Under the pieces are notes generated by a model, which was not told the origin of the DNA, searched no databases, and saw only the letters and a program-made list of their open reading frames with translations. Source: a virus. Taken from it: a DNA stretch of 64,000 nt. Below are positions 1 through 10,481 of the stretch, piece by piece. A program made the position numbers and the translations under genes. The DNA lies in IMG/VR virus record IMGVR_UViG_3300022927_002861, positions 4,554 through 68,553 of that record, one strand, 5' to 3'. How positions within the stretch are numbered: position 1 is the stretch's first letter; each line of letters opens with the position of its first letter.

Positions 1-459
1 TTAAAATCAGGGAGCTTAGAAAATAAATCTGTACTTTCTTCTTGCTTCACATCAAATACTATGCTACAATTCTCAAACTTATGCAAAAAGAAAAAAAACT
101 CAAAGTTTTCAATCATAGACGGGAATGGAGGCTGGCATAGCCAAGCAAAAGGTGTTAATGAATCGATTAAATATGCAGAAAATCATTCACTGGATTATGA
201 AATCATTAAAACTAAAACACACGAAGAAATGCTAAACACACTCTCCAATTACCATGGTTTAATTTTCCTGCCAATTATCCATGACACTTGCCCTAGAGTC
301 ACACTAGAGGCAAAATATATGGGTCTTGAAGTTATCACTAACTCGCATTCCCAGCATACAAAAGAAAAATGGTGGAGCGGTTCTATTGGAAATGCTTTTA
401 AGTTTACTCAGTCGAGGCCGAATTACTTCTGGAATACATTGCAACAATGTTTAAATTAA
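1..459 (+). CDS. Glycosyltransferase (GT-B/GT4-like) C-terminal part; 5' end lies before the window
   Basis: Frame is open from base 1; 'DTCPRVTLEAKYMGLEVI' resembles the GT4 E-x7-E nucleotide-sugar motif. Confidence 0.6.
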   Translation, partial: LKSGSLENKSVLSSCFTSNTMLQFSNLCKKKKNSKFSIIDGNGGWHSQAKGVNESIKYAENHSLDYEIIKTKTHEEMLNTLSNYHGLIFLPIIHDTCPRVTLEAKYMGLEVITNSHSQHTKEKWWSGSIGNAFKFTQSRPNYFWNTLQQCLN

Positions 460-1151
460 TAATACCTTGCTATGGAGACCGATCAAGATACTTTAATAAT
501 TTAATTGAAAGTATAGATCAGCAGGAAGTTAAATTTAATTACGAATGTATATTTTGCGAGGATATAGTATCTGAAAACTATAGAGAAATACTACAAGGTC
601 TTTCTGGCAACAAAACCTTCATTGAAAATAAAACAAAAAAAAGAACATATGCTTTAAAAAATGTATGCCGAATATTGGATGATTTAACTGAAGAATCTAT
701 AATTGGAATAATTGATGCTGATGATTACTTTTGGGGAAAAGATTGTTTTCAAAATGTAAAAAATGCATACGACGAAGGGTATGGATGTGTTTGGACTAAA
801 AACGAATGGTTAGGTTTAAATCTAAACCTATCAGGACCAATTAATGAATCTGTCTCCATATATAAACAGCCATGGAAATCTACCCATTTTAAAACTTTTT
901 CGCTAAGTGATTATAAAAAAGTTCCTAAATCAAACTTTTTAAATGAGAAAGGGGATTGGTTTGAATGTACTTATGACCAAGCTTTATATTTACCAATAAT
1001 ACACAATGTTTTAAAAGAGGGCAGGAAGACTCATTACATCAATAAAACCCACTATATATACAGAGGAAACACCTCACCAGACCCAGAATACCTTTCCTTA
1101 CAAAGACATTACGAAGGTTTCATAAGGAATAGAGGTTATCTAGAAGAATGA
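447..1151 (+). CDS. GT2-family glycosyltransferase
   Basis: N-terminal 'LIIPCY', DxD-type 'IDADDY'. Confidence 0.75.
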   Translation: MFKLIIPCYGDRSRYFNNLIESIDQQEVKFNYECIFCEDIVSENYREILQGLSGNKTFIENKTKKRTYALKNVCRILDDLTEESIIGIIDADDYFWGKDCFQNVKNAYDEGYGCVWTKNEWLGLNLNLSGPINESVSIYKQPWKSTHFKTFSLSDYKKVPKSNFLNEKGDWFECTYDQALYLPIIHNVLKEGRKTHYINKTHYIYRGNTSPDPEYLSLQRHYEGFIRNRGYLEE

Positions 1152-2053
1152 ATTTTTACATAAACAATTACTCTAACTCATCAGGTCCTACTATATTTGC
1201 TTATAGGCTAAAAAATAGCTTAGAAAATCAAGGAATTCAATTCTCTGAAGACTCAAATAATAGGATATCTGTTGTTACTGGCCCTTATTTTAAAGGTAAA
1301 AACAATATTCTAAGGCTAGACGGTCTTTATTTAGATTCAGGTAATCGTCTTGGAAATAGTAAATATTTAAATGCACCCATTTTTGAGTGTTATGAGAAAT
1401 TTGATCACATTGTTTTTCAATCAGAATATGCCAAAAATGTTTATGAAGCTTTTACGAATACAGAAAGACCTCACAGCATAATATACAATGGAGTTGAAGA
1501 TATATTTTTTTCTAATAAAGAGTCTATAGATAAACCTGAAGGTTTTGAAAAAGTTGTTATTGCTTCTTCTAAATGGAGAAGACATAAAAGGATTGAAGAA
1601 TGTATTGAAGCATTTAAAGACAACCGACTTAAAGATGTGGCTCTTGTAATTCTTGGCGGCTACCAGCAAGTAGATATGAAAAATGTTTTTTGCTTGCCTA
1701 TGATTCCTCCGAAAGATCTTCCTAAATATTATAAAATGGCTGATGCCATGATTCATTTATGTTGGCTAGATTGTTGCCCTAATTCTGTAGTTGAAGGTTT
1801 GGCTAGTGGCCTTCCTGTTATTTGCAGTCATAATGGTGGGACAAAAGAATTAGTTAAAAACGATGGGGTTGTTATAGAGCTAGAAGAAGATTATGAATAT
1901 GGAGAAATGGTGGATTTATACCAACCTCCCAAAGTAGATATCAATGTTATAGTTGAAGGGGTGCTGAAGGTTCTTGACATGCCTAAGATACAAGAAAGAA
2001 AAGATTTAAAAATAACCGAAACATCTCTACAATATATTAATTTATTTAAATGA
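1148..2053 (+). CDS. GT4-family glycosyltransferase
   Basis: 'IIYNGV', 'HKRIEE', 'DCCPNSVVEGLASGLPVI..GGTKELV'. Confidence 0.85.
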   Translation: MNFYINNYSNSSGPTIFAYRLKNSLENQGIQFSEDSNNRISVVTGPYFKGKNNILRLDGLYLDSGNRLGNSKYLNAPIFECYEKFDHIVFQSEYAKNVYEAFTNTERPHSIIYNGVEDIFFSNKESIDKPEGFEKVVIASSKWRRHKRIEECIEAFKDNRLKDVALVILGGYQQVDMKNVFCLPMIPPKDLPKYYKMADAMIHLCWLDCCPNSVVEGLASGLPVICSHNGGTKELVKNDGVVIELEEDYEYGEMVDLYQPPKVDINVIVEGVLKVLDMPKIQERKDLKITETSLQYINLFK

Positions 2054-3024
2054 CACATCCTAAGATACTTTTTTTACCCTCTACTAATTCTATAAACACT
2101 GGCTCTTATAGAATTTGGATAAAAGATTTAAACTATTACTTATCTGAGATAAAAATTTATTCAAAAATCGGATCAATTTCAGATGTTGCCGAGCATGATG
2201 TGGTCATACTTGGTAAAGGCAACCATCATCAATCAACAATAAAATCCATACAGAATCAAAACAAAAAAGTAGGCTTAATTAATCCTACAGGAGGACAAAA
2301 TCACAATGCTGATTTTATCATAGTAGGCTCTCTTGAAGAAAAAGATAGTTTATCAATGAATAAAAATGTAATTTTATTTCCTTTAATTGAAAATCTTTTT
2401 CAAAATAAAAAAATAAAAACCCATCAAGATCAAAAAAAATTAAGATTATGCTTCCATGGTCACTATCCTCATTTATCTAAATTCGAACCTAATTTAAAGT
2501 TAGCGTTGAACGATTTTTCTAAAGAAAAAGAAATTGAACTTTTAGTAATACATGGTAATCCTGAATTTAAATGGAGATATGGAAGGCCTGATGTAAAAGT
2601 TATATTTAAACCTTGGAAAATCGAAACTATTTACGAAGATATATCTTCTTGTGATATAGGTCTTTGTCCTAACATGACAATCCTGCCAAATAATATTTTG
2701 CAAACATCTACGGACTTTGGTATTTTTGACACAGATTATTCAGTTAGATTTAAAAACAAATCCAATGCAGGTAGAGCTTTTGTTTTTCATCAATTAGGAA
2801 TACCCGTTATTGCAGATTTAACCCCAAGTCATCTTCATATATTAGGTGACCCCGACTGTGGGTATATCGCTCTTTCTAAAAAAGGTTGGTTAAATTCACT
2901 AAGACAATTAACTTGTAAAAACCATAGAAATTTTATAGCAACCAATGCGAAAAAAGAATTTGATAGACTTTACAATCCATTAGATTGGGCTCAAAAATTT
3001 TACAATAAAATATTAGAATTATGA
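2050..3024 (+). CDS. Putative GT-B glycosyltransferase
   Basis: 'CDIGLCP', 'KSNAGR..LGIPVIA'; glycan-cluster context. Confidence 0.55.
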   Translation: MTHPKILFLPSTNSINTGSYRIWIKDLNYYLSEIKIYSKIGSISDVAEHDVVILGKGNHHQSTIKSIQNQNKKVGLINPTGGQNHNADFIIVGSLEEKDSLSMNKNVILFPLIENLFQNKKIKTHQDQKKLRLCFHGHYPHLSKFEPNLKLALNDFSKEKEIELLVIHGNPEFKWRYGRPDVKVIFKPWKIETIYEDISSCDIGLCPNMTILPNNILQTSTDFGIFDTDYSVRFKNKSNAGRAFVFHQLGIPVIADLTPSHLHILGDPDCGYIALSKKGWLNSLRQLTCKNHRNFIATNAKKEFDRLYNPLDWAQKFYNKILEL

Positions 3025-3758
3025 ATAATGGAATTTTATATATAGCTTTTAACGAAGCCTACATTAAAGAAACACTGCTTTCGGCTGAATCCTTAAAAAG
3101 GTACATGCCTGACATACCTGTTGCATTAATAACTAATCAAGAATTGTCTAGCCCATTTATAGATCACGTTATCAAAAGAAGGATAAAGCATGAAAGAAGC
3201 AAGGTAGATCTTGTTGCAGAAACACCTTTCAAAAAAACCATTTATTTAGATTCAGACACTTTAATAGTTAGAGACATTTCAGATATGTTCGAAGTTTTAG
3301 ATAGGTTTGATGTTGGATTTACTCATGATTACGCTAGAAAAAGAAAGAAATATTCAGATGCAATTCCTGAATACAGCGAAATACCTTATTCTTTCTCTGA
3401 AGTTAATGGTGGAATTATGGCCTACAATGATTCACCAAGAACAGCTCATTTTTTAGATTTATGGAAAGAATACTTTTATAAATATTATCATCAAACAAAT
3501 GGGTGGGATCAAGTTAGCTTAAGAATATCTTTATGGAAGAGCGAAGCTCTGATACATTATTTCCCTTTTGAATATAATATTAGAAGTAAAGATAATAGAG
3601 ACAAGCAAGATAGGTTTAAGCATGAATTTGGAGAACAGCATATGGCTCCAAGAATTTATCACATGCATCACAATCCAGATGTTTTTAGAGGCAAATTTAC
3701 AGTAAGTAATTTAGAAGAACTCGAAAAGATCTTGAAAGAAAAAGCTGTTTGGTATTAA
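3021..3758 (+). CDS. GT-A (GT8-like) nucleotide-diphospho-sugar transferase
   Basis: 'TIYLDSDT', 'NGGIMAY', 'DQVSLR', 'EYNIR', 'IYHMH'. Confidence 0.75.
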   Translation: MNNGILYIAFNEAYIKETLLSAESLKRYMPDIPVALITNQELSSPFIDHVIKRRIKHERSKVDLVAETPFKKTIYLDSDTLIVRDISDMFEVLDRFDVGFTHDYARKRKKYSDAIPEYSEIPYSFSEVNGGIMAYNDSPRTAHFLDLWKEYFYKYYHQTNGWDQVSLRISLWKSEALIHYFPFEYNIRSKDNRDKQDRFKHEFGEQHMAPRIYHMHHNPDVFRGKFTVSNLEELEKILKEKAVWY

Positions 3759-3761
3759 AAT

Positions 3762-4757
3762 ATGAAAATTTTATTTATAGACTTGCCAAGAAATTACCCT
3801 ACTCAAGAACAGGAAGGAAAGGAGTGCATGCAAATAGAAGGAAGGGGCTTACCAATCTTTTTCTCAAAAAAGGGTTATGAAGTCTACTCTGTTTTTCAAA
3901 AAAATGACAGAAACTATTTAGACAAAATAGTTGACGGGCAATATATAAACACATCTTTAGAAAAAATTTATTTAAATAATTTCAACATAGTCATAGGGAA
4001 AAATTCTGCATTCGACAAATATAAAAGCGATGCTATAAGCAATGCTGAATTAAAAGTAAACATCATGCCTTTAGGATTCAAACGTAATCAAAAAAATTGT
4101 GACCTTTGTTTTTCTGATAATGAATTAATAAAACCTCCTGATTACATATTTAAAAAATATGTAGATGAAAATTTTGATAAAGTCAAAAAAAGTAATGTTA
4201 TATTATATGTTGGCACAATCTGGCCAATTAAGAATCAACTAGAATTTGCTAATCTGATCGATCCTGATCTAATTAGCGATTATCAAATAAAGTTTTATGG
4301 CGACCTTCGAGATCGATCTTATATAAAAAATTTTAGCAACATTTTAAATGCTAAAAAAATTAATTTTTCTATAAATGGGTTTTTGCCTAAAAAAGATTTG
4401 GCTAAAGAGATGTTAAAAAGCAAACATTCAATACTTTGCACAAATTCTCCGTCACAACCTTACGACCCTTCACCTAGATCTATTCCTGAATCTATTTATG
4501 CAGGGTCTTCTTTTTTAATAAGAGACACTGTTTTGATACATAATCAACATTATCAATTCGGGCACCAATATAAAGGCGGAGATGCTGATAGTTTTAATAA
4601 TAATATAAAAAAAATGATTGATCAGTTTTCAATTAATAGATCCAGAGAAATACACTCCTTTTGTAAACTTAATTTAAGTATGGATTTTGCTTGCGAAAAA
4701 GCTTATAATACAATTATATCTCACTACAATAATGAAATTCGATATAAAAATAGCTGA
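3762..4757 (+). CDS. Putative GT4-like glycosyltransferase
   Basis: 'ILYVGTIWPIKNQ', 'DPSPRSIPESIYAG'. Confidence 0.6.
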   Translation: MKILFIDLPRNYPTQEQEGKECMQIEGRGLPIFFSKKGYEVYSVFQKNDRNYLDKIVDGQYINTSLEKIYLNNFNIVIGKNSAFDKYKSDAISNAELKVNIMPLGFKRNQKNCDLCFSDNELIKPPDYIFKKYVDENFDKVKKSNVILYVGTIWPIKNQLEFANLIDPDLISDYQIKFYGDLRDRSYIKNFSNILNAKKINFSINGFLPKKDLAKEMLKSKHSILCTNSPSQPYDPSPRSIPESIYAGSSFLIRDTVLIHNQHYQFGHQYKGGDADSFNNNIKKMIDQFSINRSREIHSFCKLNLSMDFACEKAYNTIISHYNNEIRYKNS

Positions 4758-5808
4758 AAAAGAGGATTTTAAAATTCACTTAAGTAGGCTCATTTCATTA
4801 GATAATGAAAATTTTACAGATTCTATTAGTACCGAAAAATGGAATGAAAAAAATTTCTTATTAGATTTGTATGGTAAATATCGTTTTAGTTTATTTGTTT
4901 TTGTTGATGGTTTTTTGATAGGCTATTGCATCTGCTCATTAAAAGATGACAAAGAAGTTCACATTCATAGATTTTTAATTGATAAAAAATTTAGAAATAA
5001 TAGCCTGGGTACTAAATTAATTAATAAAATCAACACTCTTTGTGTTAAAAAAAATATAGATAAAATATCTTTGTATGCGAAAAAAGAGAATACTTCAGCT
5101 CAAAATTTTTATTTAAAGAATGGATTTGAAGTGAAAGAGCATGATAAAGAAAACCTGAGGTTTGAATTAACACTTCGAGCTAAAGATCTTGTAATTTTTA
5201 TTGCTCACATTGATGATGTTGAATGCGCAGCTTATGGTTACTTATTTAAGCATTTCAATGAATATGATAATATAAAAATTATAACAGCAACAACATGGAG
5301 TGAAAAAATGCCAGTATGGGAAAAAAACAAAAGTGATCTACCTACTGAAATTTCCTCTAAATTATTGGATATTAATTTAGGATTTGAACAAAGGACGTTG
5401 TTCAATAACCTAGATCAGGTTAAAGATAGTTTTTACAAAACTATTGACTTCGATAAAAGGTTCGATCTACTTACTCACGATCACGATGATTCACACACAG
5501 ATCATGTAGCATTGAGCCTTATAAGCAAGGGTATGTATAAATATTGCTGTCGTTATGTTACTTTATACTCTCCATCTAGTGTTAACTTTCAAAGCAATTA
5601 CTATATAGGTATTGATGACGACCTTTACGCCCTTAAAAAGAAATCCTTAGACAGATATGATATAAACAAAGATCAGTCTTACACAAAATGGGGTTACTAT
5701 TTACAAAGCGAAGAGCATTACAATATAGGGCGAGCCCATGTATTGGAGAATTTTGCTTTTGATGATTTTAAAACTTATGAAATATACAGAATAATGAAAT
5801 GGCTATGA
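4732..5808 (+). CDS. GNAT acetyltransferase fused to PIG-L/LmbE-like deacetylase
   Basis: GNAT motifs 'FRNNSLGTKL' and 'NTSAQNFYLKNGF'; LmbE motifs 'AHIDDVE' and 'HTDH'; start moved to in-frame ATG 4732. Confidence 0.75.
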   Translation: MKFDIKIAEKEDFKIHLSRLISLDNENFTDSISTEKWNEKNFLLDLYGKYRFSLFVFVDGFLIGYCICSLKDDKEVHIHRFLIDKKFRNNSLGTKLINKINTLCVKKNIDKISLYAKKENTSAQNFYLKNGFEVKEHDKENLRFELTLRAKDLVIFIAHIDDVECAAYGYLFKHFNEYDNIKIITATTWSEKMPVWEKNKSDLPTEISSKLLDINLGFEQRTLFNNLDQVKDSFYKTIDFDKRFDLLTHDHDDSHTDHVALSLISKGMYKYCCRYVTLYSPSSVNFQSNYYIGIDDDLYALKKKSLDRYDINKDQSYTKWGYYLQSEEHYNIGRAHVLENFAFDDFKTYEIYRIMKWL

Positions 5809-6362
5809 GAGAATTAGATCAAATTATAAATAATCAGTTAACTGATAAAAACACAAGGCATTCATACATAAACACCTACAAAAAATTATTTAACCCCATT
5901 AGATTTTCTAGTAAAAATATTCTAGAAATAGGTATAGCAGGCGGTGGTGGAGCTCTTATGTTTCGTGATTTTTTTGATAATGCCACAGTTTACTGTGTGG
6001 ATATCGGTGATAGATCAGACGCTAGATCTGTACTAATGAATCAAGAAAGGATAGTTCCTTTTTTTAATCAAAATGCTTACGACCTATCATTTATTAATGA
6101 AAACTTTAACAATAAAAAATTTGATATTATTGTAGATGATGGGCCTCATACAGAGGAGTCGCAACTGTTTTTTCTAGACCACTTTTCAGATTTAATCAAT
6201 CCTTCTGGGATACTAATTGTAGAAGATGTCAATGGAATTGACTTGGCTCATCGTTTAATAAATAATACTACTTCAAAATTAAACTTAGAAATTATTGACC
6301 TAAGACATGAAAGGGTTATTAAAAATTACGACAACATATTGATAATTGGCCGCCCAAACTAA
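5799..6362 (+). CDS. SAM-dependent (sugar O-)methyltransferase
   Basis: 'ILEIGIAGGG', 'FDIIVDDGPH', 'GILIVED'. Confidence 0.8.
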   Translation: MAMRELDQIINNQLTDKNTRHSYINTYKKLFNPIRFSSKNILEIGIAGGGGALMFRDFFDNATVYCVDIGDRSDARSVLMNQERIVPFFNQNAYDLSFINENFNNKKFDIIVDDGPHTEESQLFFLDHFSDLINPSGILIVEDVNGIDLAHRLINNTTSKLNLEIIDLRHERVIKNYDNILIIGRPN

Positions 6363-6372
6363 TTATTTAGCA

Positions 6373-6948
6373 TTGAAGGCAACAATCCATCAACCCGAAC
6401 ATTTTCCATATATGGGTTTTTTTCAAAAAATTTCCCAAGCGGATGTGTTTGTAGTTCTAGATAATGTTAATTATAGAAAAAATTATTTTCAAAATCGCAA
6501 TAAAATAAAATTAAAAGACGACAGAGATGACTGGATTACCGTTCCAGTAGAAAAAAAAGCCACATCAAAAATTATAAAAGATGTTTGTGTGTCTAATGAT
6601 TCTAATTGGAGAAGAAAGATAAATTTAAAAATTAAAGAGAATTTTAATATAGATTTATCTCACATATATAAACACAATTTTTTGATAGACATTAACATGG
6701 AAAGTATTATGTGGGCTTTTCATAAATTAAATATTCAGAAAGAAATTATATTTGCTAGCGACCTTAATGTTTCTGGGCATAAATCTGAATTACTCGCAAA
6801 TATTCTTAAAAAAATTGGCGCTAAAAAATATATAAGTGGTCCATCTGGAAAGGATTACTTAGAAATGAATTACTTTGACGGAATAGATGTTGATTTCTTT
6901 GAGCCTAATGTAGAAAATTATTATTCTTGCCTATACAATTTATCATGA
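6373..6948 (+). CDS. WbqC-like protein
   Basis: 'IHQPEHFPYMGFFQKI..ADVFVVLDNVNY..FQNRNKI', 'YISGPSGKDYL'; TTG start uncertain (6346 or 6373). Confidence 0.85.
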   Translation: MKATIHQPEHFPYMGFFQKISQADVFVVLDNVNYRKNYFQNRNKIKLKDDRDDWITVPVEKKATSKIIKDVCVSNDSNWRRKINLKIKENFNIDLSHIYKHNFLIDINMESIMWAFHKLNIQKEIIFASDLNVSGHKSELLANILKKIGAKKYISGPSGKDYLEMNYFDGIDVDFFEPNVENYYSCLYNLS

Positions 6949-7820
6949 ATTATTATATAGATATATCGAGCCCTCCCGTAAAAGGATCTAGAAGAATGAG
7001 GGGTTTAAATATTGCTAAAATGCTCGGATGTCGTTACGGTAATATCGAACAAGATTATAAAACAATTAAAAACTCAAATGTTATTTTTATCAGAAGGTAT
7101 CCTCCATTCTTAAGTTTGTCAATTATAAATTATTTAAAATCAAACAACAATAAACTTATCCTTGACTTTCTAGATTCTTCGGAACTAACAATAAAAAATG
7201 AAGGTTTTTTTGATCTTATTATTACTAATAATAAGGACATGAATAGATTTTTTACAACTCAAACACATACAATATATCACGGATGGGATTCAGACTTACA
7301 TCAAAAAATAAAATTAAAACCCTCTAATGAATTAAAAGCTTATTTTTTTGGCAGCCCTGATAAAACTCATTTTTACGACAACTTCTCAAGTTTAGGAATT
7401 ATTGATTTAAAAACGCTTAAAGGAGAATATGATGTTCATAATCACGAAAACATGGACTCTGTCATTTATGATGGATCAATTAATATATCAATAAGGAAGG
7501 GTTATACATCATCAGGAGACCATCATGTTGTACTTCCAGAGTGGGAAACATCAACAAAAGTTGCCACGGCAGCCATGCTAGATAATCTAATTATATCCAG
7601 CAAATCTCCATCTTCTCTCGAAATACTTGGAGAAAACTATCCGTATTATGCAGATACTTTAATAGAGCTTGAAGAAAAATTAAATAAATGTAAACAAGAT
7701 ATTAAAAACCAATCAGATGACTTTTTTTTATCTAAAAACATAATGAAGAGAGCGAAAGAGATGTTGTCCCCAGAAAAATTAATAGATAGATGGATGTCTA
7801 TCGATGAAAAATTATTTTAA
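6945..7820 (+). CDS. Putative glycosyltransferase-like protein
   Basis: 'GSRRMRG', 'STKVATAA', 'LGENYPYY'; glycan-cluster context. Confidence 0.45.
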   Translation: MNYYIDISSPPVKGSRRMRGLNIAKMLGCRYGNIEQDYKTIKNSNVIFIRRYPPFLSLSIINYLKSNNNKLILDFLDSSELTIKNEGFFDLIITNNKDMNRFFTTQTHTIYHGWDSDLHQKIKLKPSNELKAYFFGSPDKTHFYDNFSSLGIIDLKTLKGEYDVHNHENMDSVIYDGSINISIRKGYTSSGDHHVVLPEWETSTKVATAAMLDNLIISSKSPSSLEILGENYPYYADTLIELEEKLNKCKQDIKNQSDDFFLSKNIMKRAKEMLSPEKLIDRWMSIDEKLF

Positions 7821-7841
7821 TTTAAAAATCAATAAAAATCA

Positions 7842-8750
7842 ATGAATAAAAATTCTATAGGTATAATAGGTAATGGGTTTGTCGGATCGGCAATAGTTCA
7901 CGGTTTCGCTCATTACGTTAATGATGTTAAAGTTTTTGATAAAGATTCAAAAAGATCTTCTCATTCTTTAGGTGAATGCTTAAATCAAGATATAGTTTTT
8001 GTATGCCTACCGACCCCAATGTCTTTAGCTGATGACGGTAAGTGTGATTTATCTATAATAAATTCTTTTTTCGAAGACATATCTAGCCATAATCCTGAAT
8101 GTATTTTTGTTATAAAATCAACAGTTCCAGTTGGCACCACTTATAATTTACAATCTAAATTTAAAAATTTAAAAATTTTACACTCTCCTGAATTTCTTAC
8201 CGCTAGAACATCTGCATTAGACTTCATTACCCCATCTAGAAATATAATAGGATTCCCAAAAGACTTCTACAACAAACTCGATAATGTGCCTAATAAAGTT
8301 GCAGGCCTTTTTAAAGAAAGATTTCCAGGTATCAAAACATTCCTAATGGATAGCGACTCTACTGAAATGATTAAATATATCGCTAACTGTTTTTTTGCGA
8401 CAAAAATAAGTTATTTTAATGAAGTTAAATTGCTTTGCGATAAGCTGAATTTAAATTTTGGAGACATCATGGAAGGAGTATTGAGTGATGGTAGAATTGG
8501 AATTAGCCATTATCAAGTTCCTGGTCACGACGGCTTGCCTGGGTTCGGTGGTACTTGCTTCCCTAAAGACATAAATTCTTTCATTAATTTAATGTGCGAT
8601 AATGGGATCGATTCTCATGTATTAAAAGGTGCATGGAAAACAAACTTAAAAGTTAGACCAAGTAAAGATTGGGAGAATTTCCCTTCTGCAGTTTCAAAAA
8701 AAATAGAAAATAATTTTGACTTATCTGGGTGTGGTCATGATCATATATAA
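7842..8750 (+). CDS. ugd: UDP-glucose/GDP-mannose dehydrogenase family protein (short form)
   Basis: 'GIIGNGFVG', 'CLPTP', 'IKSTVPVG', 'SPEFL', 'GFGGTCFPKD'. Confidence 0.88.
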   Translation: MNKNSIGIIGNGFVGSAIVHGFAHYVNDVKVFDKDSKRSSHSLGECLNQDIVFVCLPTPMSLADDGKCDLSIINSFFEDISSHNPECIFVIKSTVPVGTTYNLQSKFKNLKILHSPEFLTARTSALDFITPSRNIIGFPKDFYNKLDNVPNKVAGLFKERFPGIKTFLMDSDSTEMIKYIANCFFATKISYFNEVKLLCDKLNLNFGDIMEGVLSDGRIGISHYQVPGHDGLPGFGGTCFPKDINSFINLMCDNGIDSHVLKGAWKTNLKVRPSKDWENFPSAVSKKIENNFDLSGCGHDHI

Positions 8751-8777
8751 ATATTAATAAAATTAAAAAATAAACTT

Positions 8778-9566
8778 ATGAAAAATTTTGATAAAATAAA
8801 TTTAAACAATATCTCGAATGCTTTTAAAAACTTTAATGATGCAAAACCTTTTAGCCATTGTGTTATTGATGATTTTTTCAAAAACGATATAGCAGACCAG
8901 CTTTCCGATGAAATACCTGATTTTGATTCTAACTTTTGGCATGAATATAATAATGCAATTGAGATTAAAAAAACCTGTAATGATTGGAATAAATTTCCTA
9001 AATTAACTTATGATACTTTTTCTTTTTTAAATTCCGATATTTTTATTAAATATTTAGAGGGTTTATCTAATAACTGCCCTCTTTTTCCTGACAATGGTTT
9101 AAATGGAGGGGGCTGGCATATTCATTCAAATGGTGGAAGATTAAATCCTCATTTAGATTATTCTATTCATCCGAAATTAGGCTTGCAAAGAAAATTAAAT
9201 ATTATTATTTATTTAGAAAAAGATTGGCAAGATGATTGGGGTGGTCATTTAGGCTTGTATTCTGATACTGATTCGGACAAATCAAAGAAGTTAGAAATAG
9301 AAATTGAACCAAAATTTAATCGAGCCGTGTTTTTTGATACAACTCAAAACAGTTGGCATGGCTTAAGTCAAGTGGTGAACACTCCAGCTAATTATTGCAG
9401 AAAAAGCATGGCTGTATACTATCTTACTATCCCGCCTCAAAACGTTGATGAAAGAGGTAAGGCTTTGTTTGCTCCAACTCAAGATCAAGACGGAGATAAA
9501 GAGGTTATTGATTTAATTCATAAAAGATCAAATATAAATTCATCAAAGAACGTATATAAAAAATAA
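8778..9566 (+). CDS. 2OG-Fe(II) oxygenase
   Basis: HxD in 'LNPHLDY', 'RKLNIIIYL', 'WGGHL', 'SWHG', 'RKSMAVYY'. Confidence 0.85.
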   Translation: MKNFDKINLNNISNAFKNFNDAKPFSHCVIDDFFKNDIADQLSDEIPDFDSNFWHEYNNAIEIKKTCNDWNKFPKLTYDTFSFLNSDIFIKYLEGLSNNCPLFPDNGLNGGGWHIHSNGGRLNPHLDYSIHPKLGLQRKLNIIIYLEKDWQDDWGGHLGLYSDTDSDKSKKLEIEIEPKFNRAVFFDTTQNSWHGLSQVVNTPANYCRKSMAVYYLTIPPQNVDERGKALFAPTQDQDGDKEVIDLIHKRSNINSSKNVYKK

Positions 9567-9570
9567 CAAT

Positions 9571-10479
9571 ATGAAATATGTTGTTGTAGGTGGTGCTGGA
9601 TTTATCGGCAGTAATCTTACTGATTTATTAATTTCGGAAGGGCATGAAGTTTTAGTGGTAGATAATTTATCTACTGGCTTTGAATCAAATTTAAATAAAT
9701 CTGCTGATTTACTGACTCTTGACATTTCTCACCCATCAAATTTAGAAAGCCTTACAAATGCAATTTGTGGATATGATGGAATTTTTCATTTAGCTGCTTT
9801 GGCTAGAGTGCAGCCATCCATAGAAAATCCATATAAATTTAATAAAACTAATGTCGATGGGACGCTAAACGTTTTGCTTGCAGCTAGAAGTGCTAATATA
9901 AAAAGAGTTGTTTACAGTGCTAGCTCTTCTGCATATGGTAACGCAACTATATTCCCTACCCCAGAAGATCACCCAACTGATCCTCTTAGCCCTTACGGTT
10001 TACAAAAATTAATCGGAGAGCAGTATTGCAGGGTTTTCCATCATTGCTATGGTTTAGAAACAGTAAGCCTTAGATATTTCAATGTATTTGGTGAAAGGCA
10101 ATCTTTAGATGGAGCATATAAATTAGTCATGGGGGTTTTTGCTAAACAGAAACTAGAAGGAAAACCCCTCACAATTACTGGTGATGGCGAACAAAGAAGA
10201 GATTTTACATATGTAGGAGATGTCGCGAGAGCTAATCTTTTATCCATGCAATCCAATAATGTTGGGATTGGTGATGTTATCAATATAGGCAATGGAGACA
10301 ATCGATCAATCAATCAATTAGCAGATTTAATTGGAGGAGAAAAAATTTATATTGAAAAAAGATTGGAGCCGAATCAAACTTTAGCAGATAATTCTAAAGC
10401 AAAAAAATTATTAAACTGGAGTCCTTCTGTATCTATAGAAGACTGGGTCCCTTCTTATAAAAAATCATTAGGCTTATAA
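9571..10479 (+). CDS. NAD-dependent nucleotide-sugar 4-epimerase (extended SDR)
   Basis: 'GGAGFIGS', 'ASSSAYG', YxxxK in 'PYGLQK', 'LRYFNVFG', 'RDFTYV'. Confidence 0.9.
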   Translation: MKYVVVGGAGFIGSNLTDLLISEGHEVLVVDNLSTGFESNLNKSADLLTLDISHPSNLESLTNAICGYDGIFHLAALARVQPSIENPYKFNKTNVDGTLNVLLAARSANIKRVVYSASSSAYGNATIFPTPEDHPTDPLSPYGLQKLIGEQYCRVFHHCYGLETVSLRYFNVFGERQSLDGAYKLVMGVFAKQKLEGKPLTITGDGEQRRDFTYVGDVARANLLSMQSNNVGIGDVINIGNGDNRSINQLADLIGGEKIYIEKRLEPNQTLADNSKAKKLLNWSPSVSIEDWVPSYKKSLGL

Positions 10480-10481
10480 AT

